From: Myxococcota bacterium
GTDB taxonomy: Bacteria > Myxococcota_A > UBA796 > UBA2385
Direction of reading: 5' to 3'
Assembly (NCBI GenBank): GCA_044344255.1
Contig: JBIJDH010000003.1
Span: forward strand, 352,001-416,000
DNA: 64,000 bases
The position numbers and the translations under genes were made by a program. The notes beneath the pieces were generated by a model. It was not told the origin of the DNA, did not search any database, and saw nothing but the letters and a program-made list of their open reading frames with translations. Positions 19,240-28,147 of this stretch are shown here, in pieces; position 1 is the first letter of the stretch; each line of letters opens with the position of its first letter.

Positions 19240-21017
19240 CAGTCCTTCCCGCTCTGGCGGCGTCCGCCGGTGCTGACCCGCGGCGAGCCCTCCTTTACCC
19301 CGTCGATCAGGCGGGCCGCCTCCTCAGGGCTCATGCCCTCCGCGGGCGCGCCCGCGGCGGCGCCCTCACCGGGCGCGCCGGTGTCCTGGCCCTGTGCGGC
19401 CTGCGCCGACCCTTCGGCCTCGCCCTCCGCCGGCTCCAGCTCCCCGCGATCGCCGACCTGGCCTGAACCCTCTGGGGCCTCTGCCCCCTCGGGCGGGCCT
19501 TGCTGGGGGTCCTGCTGGCCCTGCTGGCCCTGTTGGCCCTGCTGACCCTGCTGGTCTTGTTGGCCCTGCTGGTCTTGTTGGCCCTGCTGGTCTTGTTGGC
19601 CCTGCTGGTCTTGTTGGTCTTGCTGCTCCTTCAGGCGAGCGGCGATCTCCCGCTGGACGGCCTCGGCGTTCTTCTTCGCCGGCGCGTGGTCGGGGGCCTC
19701 CTCGAGCACACGCTGCCAGTCTTCCTGGGCGCGGGTGAGCTCACCCCCCTTGTAGGCGGCGAGGCCGCCGTTGTAGCGCGCGCGCTGCTTCTGGGCGGGA
19801 TCGAGGCTGCGGTCGGCCACCCCCTCGAGGACCTGACGGGCCTGGTCGTAGTCGCCGGAGCGGTAGAGGGCCTCGCCGAGGCGCTCACCGAGCGAGAGGT
19901 CGTCGGGGTGGAGGGCCTGCTCGCGAGCCAGCTCCTGGGATCGGGCCGCCCAGTCGGTGTTGTCGGCGGCGCGGGCCGCCCCGATGGCGAGGAGCAAGGC
20001 GAGGCTGGCCGCGCCGGCCGGACCTCCCGGGAGGCGGAGGGGGCCCGGCCGGAGGGCGGCGGTCGCGGCGGACAGCACGAGGGCGGCGAGGAGGAACCAG
20101 GGAAACTCTTCATCCCACACCTTGTCTCTCCGGGCGCCTTGTTCGGCCTGCTGGAGCTTTCCGCGGATCTCTCCCTCGTAGATCGCGGCCACGTCGGCGT
20201 CACTGGCCCCCGCCCGCACGTACGCGCCCTGGCCGACCTCCGCGATGCGCGTGAGGGTCGCCTCGTCGAGGCGGCTGAGCACGACCTTGCCCGAGGCGTC
20301 CTCCTTGAAGCCCCCCTCGGGGAGGGGGATCGGCGCGCCGTCGGTGGTGCCGACGCCGAGCGTGTAGAGGTGGATCCCCGCCTCGCTGGCGGCCTCGGCG
20401 GCGGCGAAGCCCGTGCCCTCGTTGTCCTCTCCGTCCGAGAGGATGAGGATGGCCTGGTCGGCCGCGCCGCGGTCTCCGAGCAGCTTCACGGCGGCCTCGA
20501 TCGCCGCGCCGAGGTCAGAGCCCTGGGCGAGCAGGGTCTCGGGGCTCGAGTCTGCGACCATGAAACGGAGGGCCCCGTAGTCGAGGGTGAGCGGCATCCG
20601 AGGGTAGGCCCCTCCGGCGAAGAGCACGAGCCCGACTCGGTCTCCGGCGAGGCGCTCGGTGAGGTCGTAGACCTCTCGGCGGGCCCGCTCCATCCGGGAG
20701 GGGGAGACGTCGGCGGCGTACATCGAGCGGCTGACGTCGAGCACGATCACGAGGTCGAGGCCCTGCCGCTTCACCTCGACCCACTGGTAGGTCCAACGCG
20801 GCTGGAGCAGCGCGAGGATCCCAAGGGCGAATGTTAGGAAGGTGAGGACGGCTCGGCCGCGGTGATAGCCCTTCAGGCCCGCGCTGACCCGGCTGCCAGC
20901 GAGGGCCCCGAGGGTCCGGAGCGCGGCCTCTCGGCGGACCAGCGCCCAGACGAGGAAGAGCGACAAGGCTGGGAGCAGCCAGAGGAGCGGGAGGAGCTCC
21001 GGGCGCCCGAGGGTCAT
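19236..21017 (-). CDS. BatB/BatC-like VWA + TPR fusion
   Basis: ATG 21017 (ATGA overlap); LDVSRSM MIDAS, PLTLDY, SDGED, GAPIP; TPR, Q-rich linker, C-terminal KDW. Confidence 0.87.
   Translation of the reverse strand: MTLGRPELLPLLWLLPALSLFLVWALVRREAALRTLGALAGSRVSAGLKGYHRGRAVLTFLTFALGILALLQPRWTYQWVEVKRQGLDLVIVLDVSRSMYAADVSPSRMERARREVYDLTERLAGDRVGLVLFAGGAYPRMPLTLDYGALRFMVADSSPETLLAQGSDLGAAIEAAVKLLGDRGAADQAILILSDGEDNEGTGFAAAEAASEAGIHLYTLGVGTTDGAPIPLPEGGFKEDASGKVVLSRLDEATLTRIAEVGQGAYVRAGASDADVAAIYEGEIRGKLQQAEQGARRDKVWDEEFPWFLLAALVLSAATAALRPGPLRLPGGPAGAASLALLLAIGAARAADNTDWAARSQELAREQALHPDDLSLGERLGEALYRSGDYDQARQVLEGVADRSLDPAQKQRARYNGGLAAYKGGELTRAQEDWQRVLEEAPDHAPAKKNAEAVQREIAARLKEQQDQQDQQGQQDQQGQQDQQGQQDQQGQQGQQGQQGQQDPQQGPPEGAEAPEGSGQVGDRGELEPAEGEAEGSAQAAQGQDTGAPGEGAAAGAPAEGMSPEEAARLIDGVKEGSPRVSTGGRRQSGKDW
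19511..19626 (-). repeat. 9/18-bp coding tandem repeat (QQD/QQG)n
   Basis: GGCCCTGCTGGTCTTGTT units on the + strand. Confidence 0.9.
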
Positions 21018-21976
21018 GGGAGCCTCCGGAGCCAGGTCTCGCTGAGGAGCAGCCGGAGGGCGAGCAGCAGGAGGCCAGCGGCGAGCCAAGGGTGATACCG
21101 TTCGTCGCGGTGAACGAACTCTTCTACCTTGGCCGTGGTCTTCTCCATCTTGTCGATGGTGGCGTACACCGCCTCGAGGGCCTGGGTGTCGGCGGCGCGG
21201 AAGTACTCGGCGCCGGTGGTGCGGGCGATGGCGGTCAGCGTGCCCTCGTCGAGGTCCGAGCGGCCGCCCATGCCGAAGAAGCCGCCCCCGCCGCCGGCCG
21301 AGCCCATGCCGACGGTGTAGACCTTCACGCCGAGGGCCTTGAGCGCCTCCGCGGCCTCGAGCGGCTTCAAGGCGCCTGCGTTGTTGCGGCCGTCGGTCAG
21401 CAGGATCGCGATGCGGGAGGGGGCCTCTAGGTCTTTCAGGCGCTTGCCGGTGATGGCGAGGGCGTCACCGACCGCGGTGGCCTTGTCCCCCGCCATCCCG
21501 ATCTGAACCTGTCCGAGGAAGTTGGTCAGCGCGGCGTGATCGAGGGTGAGCGGCACCTGCGTGAAGGCCTCCGAGCCGAAGACCACGAGGCCGATCCGAT
21601 CGTCGGGGCGGCGCTCGATGAAGTCGGCCACCACCTCCTTGGCCGCCTCGAGGCGGTTCGCGGCCCGCCCCCCGATCTGGTAGTCCTCGGCTTGCATCGA
21701 GCCGCTGGTGTCGAGCACGAGCAGGATGTCGATGCCCTCGCTGTCGATGCTGCGCTCGCGGTTGACGAGCTGCGGGCGGGCGAGGGCCACCACGAAGAGG
21801 AGGAGCGCCACGGAGCCGAGGAGCTCGGGGAGCCAGGCGAAGGTGGCCCGTAGGGACGGACGGAGCTGGACCGCGGCGAGGCTCGAGATCGCGAGGCGCG
21901 GCCGGCGGCCGAGCCACGGCGCTGCCACAGCGAGAGGGACCAGCAGCCAGGCCCAGGGGTTCGCCCACTCAAGCAC
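21014..21976 (-). CDS. batA: BatA-like VWA domain protein
   Basis: GTG 21976; ALARPQ, GIDILLVLDTSGSM, DRIGLVVF, PLTLD, TAVGDAL, LLTDGRNNAG. Confidence 0.9.
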   Translation of the reverse strand: MLEWANPWAWLLVPLAVAAPWLGRRPRLAISSLAAVQLRPSLRATFAWLPELLGSVALLLFVVALARPQLVNRERSIDSEGIDILLVLDTSGSMQAEDYQIGGRAANRLEAAKEVVADFIERRPDDRIGLVVFGSEAFTQVPLTLDHAALTNFLGQVQIGMAGDKATAVGDALAITGKRLKDLEAPSRIAILLTDGRNNAGALKPLEAAEALKALGVKVYTVGMGSAGGGGGFFGMGGRSDLDEGTLTAIARTTGAEYFRAADTQALEAVYATIDKMEKTTAKVEEFVHRDERYHPWLAAGLLLLALRLLLSETWLRRLP

Positions 21977-22859
21977 GGGTCGCCTCCAGGATCGCGGCGA
22001 AGTCTTCGTCCATCTCCTCGAAGAAGCGGGCGCCACCGCCCTCGCGGGCGAACTTCAAGCGGTCGGTGGCGTCGAGGATCTGGCCGGCGCGGAGCCTGTG
22101 GGTGAGGTCGAGTAACGAGTTCGCTTCGAGGTAGGCGAGGATCTCTCGGGTGGTCCGCGTGGTGGCGGGCCAGCCGCTCGCCGCGCTCAGGTACTCGCGG
22201 AAGATACGGGAGAGGGCGACAGCGAGGCTGTGGTCGTCGAGGCCGGTGGCGCGCGCGTGGGCCCAGGCACGCGCCGCGATCAGGGCGGGCGGATCGGGCA
22301 CGGCGACGGGCGCCGGGCGCCGCGAACGCACCCACCAAGCGTAGGCGATCCCGACGGTGACCAGAAGCGCCGCGCCGCACCCGGCGGCGATGAGCCCCCA
22401 GGGCGGCGGCGCCGGGGGCGGCGCGGCCTCGAAGTCGGCCATGTCGCCACCTTGGGGGCCGGTCACGCCGATGTCGACGAAGACGGGCGGCAGCGTGATC
22501 TCTCGGGTCTGGCCGCCGGGCCCGGTCGCGGTCACCGGGGGAAACGCGATCACGTAGCTGCCGTCGGGCCCCTCGAAGCGGGTGTGATCGACCCGCAGGT
22601 CTCGCTCGCCCACGCGGGTCGGCGGATCGGAGCCCTCGGCGCGCGCGGTCAGCCCCTCGGCCGTGGCGGGGGGCGCGCTGATCGACCAGCCCTCAGACTG
22701 CCAGGTTTGGAGGGCTACCTTCACGGGTTCGCCGCTGCCTACTTGCTTGTCTTCGACCACCGCGAGGAGATCGACAGGAGGCGGCGCCAAGGGCGGCAGC
22801 GCACGATCACCGCAGGCGGTGAGCAAGGTGAGCAAGGTGAGGGGGAGGAGGCGAGGCAT
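21969..22859 (-). CDS. Bat-operon accessory lipoprotein (DUF4381-like C-terminus)
   Basis: ATG 22859; LLTAC lipobox; TM helix; IFREYL..TTREIL..DRLKFA; position upstream of batA. Confidence 0.75.
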   Translation of the reverse strand: MPRLLPLTLLTLLTACGDRALPPLAPPPVDLLAVVEDKQVGSGEPVKVALQTWQSEGWSISAPPATAEGLTARAEGSDPPTRVGERDLRVDHTRFEGPDGSYVIAFPPVTATGPGGQTREITLPPVFVDIGVTGPQGGDMADFEAAPPPAPPPWGLIAAGCGAALLVTVGIAYAWWVRSRRPAPVAVPDPPALIAARAWAHARATGLDDHSLAVALSRIFREYLSAASGWPATTRTTREILAYLEANSLLDLTHRLRAGQILDATDRLKFAREGGGARFFEEMDEDFAAILEATRA

Positions 22860-22980
22860 GGAGACTCGAGCGTCGGGCCGCGCCCCGGCGCCGACCCTTG
22901 GGCGGAGGGAGACACCTGAGGCCGGCCCTCCTATCCCGGGGCCCGCTGGGATAAGCGACCGGGCCTTCCGCGGGAGCCGC

Positions 22981-24570
22981 ATGAACCTCCGCTCGATCCA
23001 GGCGCTCGCCCCCGCGATCGTCGCGGCGCTGATCTCCGGCGCCGCACTGATGCTCGTCTCTCCGCCGATCGGCCTCGGCTGGCTCCATTGGTTCAGCTTC
23101 CTCCCGCTCTTCTGGGCGCTGCGCTCTGGCGAGGTCAAACGAAACGCCAAGCTCGGTTACCTCGCCGGATGGGTCGCCGTCTTCCTGCTCTTCTTCTGGC
23201 TCATCGAGACGGTGGTGCGCTTCAGCAACCTGCCCTGGGTGCTGGCGCTGGCCATCCACATCCTCTTCGCCTCGGCCTTCGCCCTGCCGTACGCGGCGGT
23301 GTTCGGGGCGGTGCACTGGTTCCGCGACCGCATCGGCGCGGCCTGGGTCTTCGTGCTGCCCGCCTTGCTCGTCTCGGTGGAGAAGCTCTCGCCGGCGCTC
23401 TTCCCCTACTACCAGGGGGCCGGTCAGTTCCGCTCGCCGGCGATCTGGCAGCTCACGAGCGTCACCGGCGTCATGGGGGTCTCTTACCTCGTCTTCCTCG
23501 TGAACTGTCTGCTCGCTGAGGGGGTCTACCGGCGGCGGGAGGGGCGGGCACAGTCGCCGGCCCTCATCGCCGGTGTGGCCGCCCTGTGGTTCGGGAACCT
23601 CGGCTTCGGTGCCTGGCGACACCATAAGTTGGAGGCTGAGATCGCGGCCGCGCCCACCTTCCAGGCGGCGATTGTCCAGCAGGGCGTCACGATGGAGGAG
23701 CGGATGGCCTCGTCGGTGCTCGCCGGCCTCCGCTCCTGGCTCGACGGGACAAAGGAGGCGCTCGTGCTCAAGCCCGATCTGCTCGTGTGGGCGGAGGGCG
23801 CGATCTTCTTCAACCCCAACGATGAGCAGCCCGTCAACGCGCTCGGCAAGCTGTCACCGCGGGAGTTCTTCGAGCGGCTCTCCCGGACGAACGACGTCGA
23901 TTTCCTTATCGGCGGCGGCACCATCCACCGGGAGGAGACCTCTCCCTACAAGGTGACCGAGGCCTACAACTCGGTCTATCTGTTCACGCGTAAGGGCGAG
24001 CTCAAGGACCGCTACGACAAGATGGTCCCGCTCCCCTTTGGCGAGTACATCCCGCTCTCGGACACCTTTCCCTTCTTGCGCGACCTGATCGAAGGGCCCG
24101 GCGACTTCCACGCCGGCACTCGCCCCACCGTCTTCGACGGCACCACCCGAGACGGAGGGGTCTCCTTCACCTACAGCGTGCCCATCTGCTACGAGGCCAT
24201 CCTCGAGGCGCAGATGTGGGAGATGTTCCGAGGCGAGCGTGAGCAGCCGGTCGACCTCTTCGTCAACATCACCAATGACGGTTGGTTTGGCGACACCACC
24301 GCCCCCCACCAGCACGCGATGCTCGCCGCCGTCCAGGCCACCACCTTCGGGCGGCCGGTGCTGCGGCTCGCGTACACCGGTGTGAGCTTCGTGGTCGACC
24401 CGCACGGCGACATCCACGACGAGACCGAGCCCTTCACCGACGTCGCCGCGGTCGCGACCGTGCGGCTCGGCAAGGCTGACACGCTCTACGTGCGCGGCGG
24501 GTGGGTCTTCCCCTGGCTCTGCCTGCTCGCCACGGCCGCCGCTGGCTTTGTGGCCCGAAGGCGCGCGTGA
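22981..24570 (+). CDS. lnt: Apolipoprotein N-acyltransferase
   Basis: N-terminal TM bundle; nitrilase triad WAEG, YDKMVPLPFGEYIP, ICYE; NITNDGWFG. Confidence 0.95.
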   Translation: MNLRSIQALAPAIVAALISGAALMLVSPPIGLGWLHWFSFLPLFWALRSGEVKRNAKLGYLAGWVAVFLLFFWLIETVVRFSNLPWVLALAIHILFASAFALPYAAVFGAVHWFRDRIGAAWVFVLPALLVSVEKLSPALFPYYQGAGQFRSPAIWQLTSVTGVMGVSYLVFLVNCLLAEGVYRRREGRAQSPALIAGVAALWFGNLGFGAWRHHKLEAEIAAAPTFQAAIVQQGVTMEERMASSVLAGLRSWLDGTKEALVLKPDLLVWAEGAIFFNPNDEQPVNALGKLSPREFFERLSRTNDVDFLIGGGTIHREETSPYKVTEAYNSVYLFTRKGELKDRYDKMVPLPFGEYIPLSDTFPFLRDLIEGPGDFHAGTRPTVFDGTTRDGGVSFTYSVPICYEAILEAQMWEMFRGEREQPVDLFVNITNDGWFGDTTAPHQHAMLAAVQATTFGRPVLRLAYTGVSFVVDPHGDIHDETEPFTDVAAVATVRLGKADTLYVRGGWVFPWLCLLATAAAGFVARRRA

Positions 24571-25190
24571 TCCGCCTCCAGGACGAAGAGATCGAGGCCC
24601 TGGGCCAGGGCCGGCCGGTGATCCGCGACGGGGTGCTCGGCGACGAGGCGGCGGGGGTGCGGCGGGCCATCGTGGCGCTCGCCGAAACAGGGGGGCTCCG
24701 ACCGGCCACGCTGAGCCGGCGCGCGGTGCTCGATCCGGAGCAGCGGGGAGATCTCATCGCCTGGCTCGGGGCCTCTGCCGCCCCCGCCGGCCTGGAGGGG
24801 CTCTGGCGGCGCTTCGAGGCGCTCCGCCTCGGCCTCAACGAGGACGCCTGGCTCGGCCTCTCCCGCTTCGAGGTGCAGGTGGCCTGCTACCCGGGCGGCG
24901 GCGCTCGGTATGTCCGCCACCTCGACGCCTTCCCCGGCCAGTCCAACCGCAAGCTCACCGCGCTCCTCTACCTGAACCCGGGCTGGGCGCCGGGGGATGG
25001 GGGTGAGCTGCGGGTCTGGCTCCCCGAGGGCCGCAAAGACGTCGAGCCGATCATGGATCGGCTCGTCCTCTTCCTCAGTGACCGGCTCGAACATGAGGTC
25101 CTGCCGAGCCACGCCCTGCGCTACACCGTCACCGCCTGGATGCGGGGGAGGGAAGACATCCCCCTCCTCTGCGATCCGGGCGGTGACTGA
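24567..25190 (+). CDS. 2OG-Fe(II) oxygenase, prolyl-hydroxylase (EGLN/PHD)-like
   Basis: GTGA overlap with lnt; YPGGGARYVRHLD, YLNPGW..GDGGELR, HEVLP, RYTVTAW. Confidence 0.88.
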   Translation: MIRLQDEEIEALGQGRPVIRDGVLGDEAAGVRRAIVALAETGGLRPATLSRRAVLDPEQRGDLIAWLGASAAPAGLEGLWRRFEALRLGLNEDAWLGLSRFEVQVACYPGGGARYVRHLDAFPGQSNRKLTALLYLNPGWAPGDGGELRVWLPEGRKDVEPIMDRLVLFLSDRLEHEVLPSHALRYTVTAWMRGREDIPLLCDPGGD

Positions 25191-25196
25191 GCGGCC

Positions 25197-26522
25197 TTAC
25201 TCGCAGCTGCCGGGGCCGAAGGTGCCGACCTCCCACCAGTCGTACGAAGACATGGACTGGCTGGCGGTGATGTCGCACATCTTGCCGGTGGTGTCGTCGT
25301 AGTAGATCACGCGCATGGTGGCGAGGGTGTCGCCGTTGCCGTGGTCGCTGTAGTAGTGCACGCGCACGCCGTAGAGGTTGCCCCAGGTGGAGGTCTTCGT
25401 GGTGAAGGTCTCCGGACCGAAACCATCGACGTCATCGATGTCGAGGTCACCCCAGCTCTGGCTGAGGCTGTAGTAGGCGACCTCCTCGGTGCCCGAGTAG
25501 ATGTGGGTGTCGACGTCGGTGTCGTCCTTGTCCCAGGTGAGGATGGTCAGCATCTCCTGGGCGGGCGGCTCCTCGCGGTCACAGAAGCTGATGGTGTAGC
25601 TCTCGTTGACGCCGTCGAGGGTCTCGTCGAGGTCGAGCTGGACCACCGCGTAGCCACCGGTGAGGCTGATGGCCTGATCGATCTCGCCGTCCACGATGGG
25701 GGTGGCGATGGTGCGGTAGGTGGCGGAGTCACCGGACCCGAACTGGATGCGGATGTAGGCCTCGGTGGCCGAGGTGTTGACCGCGGTGCCGTGCACCTGG
25801 AGCACGCTCGGGAAGCTCGCCCCGCAGGTGACGTCGGCCTCGACGCTGGCCCCGCTGGCGTCACCGTAGACGGGCGAGCCGCTCTTGTCGGTGATGGTGT
25901 AGGAGACCCAGGCGGCCACGGGATCGTCACCGGCCGGGATGTCGCCACCGTCCTCGACGGGGGGCTCCTCATCGACCTCCTCCGGGGTCTCCTCGACGGT
26001 GGAGGGGGCGGCGCAGGAGAGGCGGACGGTGCGGGGGAGATCGACGGTCGCGTCGGTGATCGCGCTCGCGAGGGTGATCGCGCTCTCCGAGGTCACGACC
26101 TTGGTGTCCTCGTCATAGCCGAGCACGTCGGTGGAGCAGGCGACGGCGCCGTCATCGCCGGTGGCGACGAGCACGTAGGCGAGGTCAAGCGGAGCGCCGC
26201 TGATGGTGATGTCGCCGCCGCTGACCGTCACCTCCAGGGGAGAGCCGTCGTCCTGGGTGACCGGGGTGTCGAGCTTGGAGGTGATCACGCGCCCGTAACA
26301 GTCGCCACCACCGCCGTCCGAGCAGTAGCTGGTGTCGAAGGCGTCCTGGTTGTCCGTGTAGGAATAGAGCTTGAAGGAGTAGGCGGCGGGCTCGTCGCCG
26401 TCGACCTTGAGGGTGCCGACAATGTCGATGCCATCTCCCAGCTTGTCACCGAGACCGCAGCCGGTCGCGAAGAGGAGGGCGGCGAGCACCATTTGAGGGG
26501 AGCGAGCGCGAAGACTTGACAT
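25197..26522 (-). CDS. Lipoprotein with C-terminal DUF2135/YfaP-like domain
   Basis: GAGG RBS; FATGC lipobox; LTWDKDDTDVDTH, LDIDDVDGFGPE, VHYY. Confidence 0.75.
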   Translation of the reverse strand: MSSLRARSPQMVLAALLFATGCGLGDKLGDGIDIVGTLKVDGDEPAAYSFKLYSYTDNQDAFDTSYCSDGGGGDCYGRVITSKLDTPVTQDDGSPLEVTVSGGDITISGAPLDLAYVLVATGDDGAVACSTDVLGYDEDTKVVTSESAITLASAITDATVDLPRTVRLSCAAPSTVEETPEEVDEEPPVEDGGDIPAGDDPVAAWVSYTITDKSGSPVYGDASGASVEADVTCGASFPSVLQVHGTAVNTSATEAYIRIQFGSGDSATYRTIATPIVDGEIDQAISLTGGYAVVQLDLDETLDGVNESYTISFCDREEPPAQEMLTILTWDKDDTDVDTHIYSGTEEVAYYSLSQSWGDLDIDDVDGFGPETFTTKTSTWGNLYGVRVHYYSDHGNGDTLATMRVIYYDDTTGKMCDITASQSMSSYDWWEVGTFGPGSCE

Positions 26523-26673
26523 TTTGGTCAACCTCGTTTCTGGGGGTGGGTCTCAGGGTCTCATTCATTCGGAGTCTTAGGCAGGTCGTGACGCACAGCC
26601 CTACATCCCCATTCGGATACCCGCAAGGAATGGGTGACCACCCGACCCTTTTGCGGGTGATGTTGATGCGCCC

Positions 26674-26700
26674 TGTCACACGGTGGGGCGTCGGGGCGTA
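26674..26700 (+). promoter_or_regulatory. Putative ECF-type promoter TGTCACA-N16-CGTA upstream of the ECF sigma gene
   Basis: Resembles TGTCACA-N16-CGTC ECF promoters; similar motif at 34124-34149. Confidence 0.45.
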
Positions 26701-26786
26701 ACAGGGGGCAGGTAGCCGAGCGCTGCCTCTCGCCTGGCTCCGAACCTGGGCCCGCTCGCCCGCTTCCCCAGCCTGGTCTCGGCAAC

Positions 26787-27353
26787 TTGGTCTCGAAGCC
26801 GGTCTCCACCCCTGCCGCCCCGGTCGGACCCTCCGACGAGGAGCTCATGTTGCGCGTTCAAGAGGGCGATCATGCGGCCTACCGCGCGCTCTTCGAGCGA
26901 CACCACGGGCGGGTGTACGGCTTCCTCTTACGAAAGACGCGGGATCCCCAGGCCGCCGCCGATCTCTACCAGGAGAGCTTGCTGCGGGTGTATCGGTCGC
27001 GCGCCCGCTACACGCCGGGGCGCCCTTTCCGGCCTTGGCTCTTCGGGATCGCCCTCAACGCGGCGAGAGATCGAGCTCGGCAGCTCCAACGTGTCGCCGG
27101 GGAGGGATGGCCGTCGGGGGAGGTCGCCTCCGGGGAGGGGCCGGGCACCTCCCACCCCGACACCCGCATCCACCTCGAAGCGGCGATCGCGGCGATGCCC
27201 GAGAACCTGCGCGACGCCTTCCTCCTCGGCGTGGTGGAGGGCTTCGATCACAACGAGGTGGCGGCCCTGCTCGACATCGAGGCGAGCAACGCGCGGGCGA
27301 GGATCAGCCGGGGCCGGGCGTGGCTTCGGGACTGGCTCGGGGGGAGCGCCTGA
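26787..27353 (+). CDS. ECF RNA polymerase sigma factor
   Basis: SDEELM..GD..AY..LF.RH, DLYQE, FRPWLFGIA.N, EVAALL..ARISRGR. Confidence 0.92.
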   Translation: MVSKPVSTPAAPVGPSDEELMLRVQEGDHAAYRALFERHHGRVYGFLLRKTRDPQAAADLYQESLLRVYRSRARYTPGRPFRPWLFGIALNAARDRARQLQRVAGEGWPSGEVASGEGPGTSHPDTRIHLEAAIAAMPENLRDAFLLGVVEGFDHNEVAALLDIEASNARARISRGRAWLRDWLGGSA

Positions 27354-28147
27354 TGTCCGAGGCCGTCGGCTGCGCACACTGTCGAGCGGCGCTCTCGGGC
27401 GAGGCGCCGCCCTCTCCGGTCGCGGAGGCCCACCTCACCGGTTGCGTGGACTGTCAGGCCTACGAGGCGGAGCTCGGCGCGATTGAGCAGCTCTTTCGCG
27501 AGCTCGCACCGCCGGCCCCGCCGGCGCCGTTGGTCGAGTCGCTGCGGGCGAAGGTCGAGGCCGAGCTCAGGGCGGCGCCGCGGCCCGAGTCACGGGTGGT
27601 GGTGCGGCGGTGGTGGGTCGCCGCTGGCGGGGTCGCGGCGGCGGCGGTCCTGGCGACTGTGGTCTGGCCGACCCATGAGGCGCCCCCGGTCCTCATCGAG
27701 CGGGGGGTGGGCGGCGGCCGCCCGGAGCTGGGCCTCAAGGTCGCGGTCCGTGGCCCCGAAGGGGGAGTGGAGCGGCTCTCGCGGGACGCGGAGTACCACC
27801 CCGGAGACACCCTGTACTTTCGGGCGACCCTCGATCGCGGGACGTGGGTCGGCCTGCTCCGAGTGGACAGCCGCTCGACCGACCTCGTCCACGAGGCGAC
27901 GGTCGCCGCGGGCGAGTCCGATCTGGTCCGCGGCGAGGGTCCGCTCGCCTGGCGCATCGAGCCCGGCGAGGAGAGCGCCGTGTTCCTGCTCGTCGCTGGC
28001 GACGAGCCATGGCGCGAGTCCGTCCTCGATGGGGCGTTGCCGGTCGGCCCCGACGGCGCTCGGCCGCTCGATCCGATCGTCCTGTGCGGCGCCCTCGACG
28101 CGCTCGGCGTACAATGTGCCGCCGTCCGCGTTCGGGTGTCGCCATGA
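27353..28147 (+). CDS. Zinc-finger (zf-HC2/ZAS) membrane anti-sigma factor with extracytoplasmic DUF4384-like domain
   Basis: ATG overlaps the sigma TGA; C..HLTGCVDC; single TM helix; YHPGDTLYFR. Confidence 0.8.
   Translation: MSEAVGCAHCRAALSGEAPPSPVAEAHLTGCVDCQAYEAELGAIEQLFRELAPPAPPAPLVESLRAKVEAELRAAPRPESRVVVRRWWVAAGGVAAAAVLATVVWPTHEAPPVLIERGVGGGRPELGLKVAVRGPEGGVERLSRDAEYHPGDTLYFRATLDRGTWVGLLRVDSRSTDLVHEATVAAGESDLVRGEGPLAWRIEPGEESAVFLLVAGDEPWRESVLDGALPVGPDGARPLDPIVLCGALDALGVQCAAVRVRVSP

Noticed and set aside
19511..19626. Tandem repeats as phase-variation loci (also 31928, 44335 and ~51877)
   Set aside because: Unit lengths are multiples of 3 and encode linkers, so slippage would not shift the frame
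25197..26522. YfaP-like gene as partner of the alpha-2-macroglobulin (as in the E. coli yfa operon)
   Set aside because: About 35 kb apart and on opposite strands; no direct support
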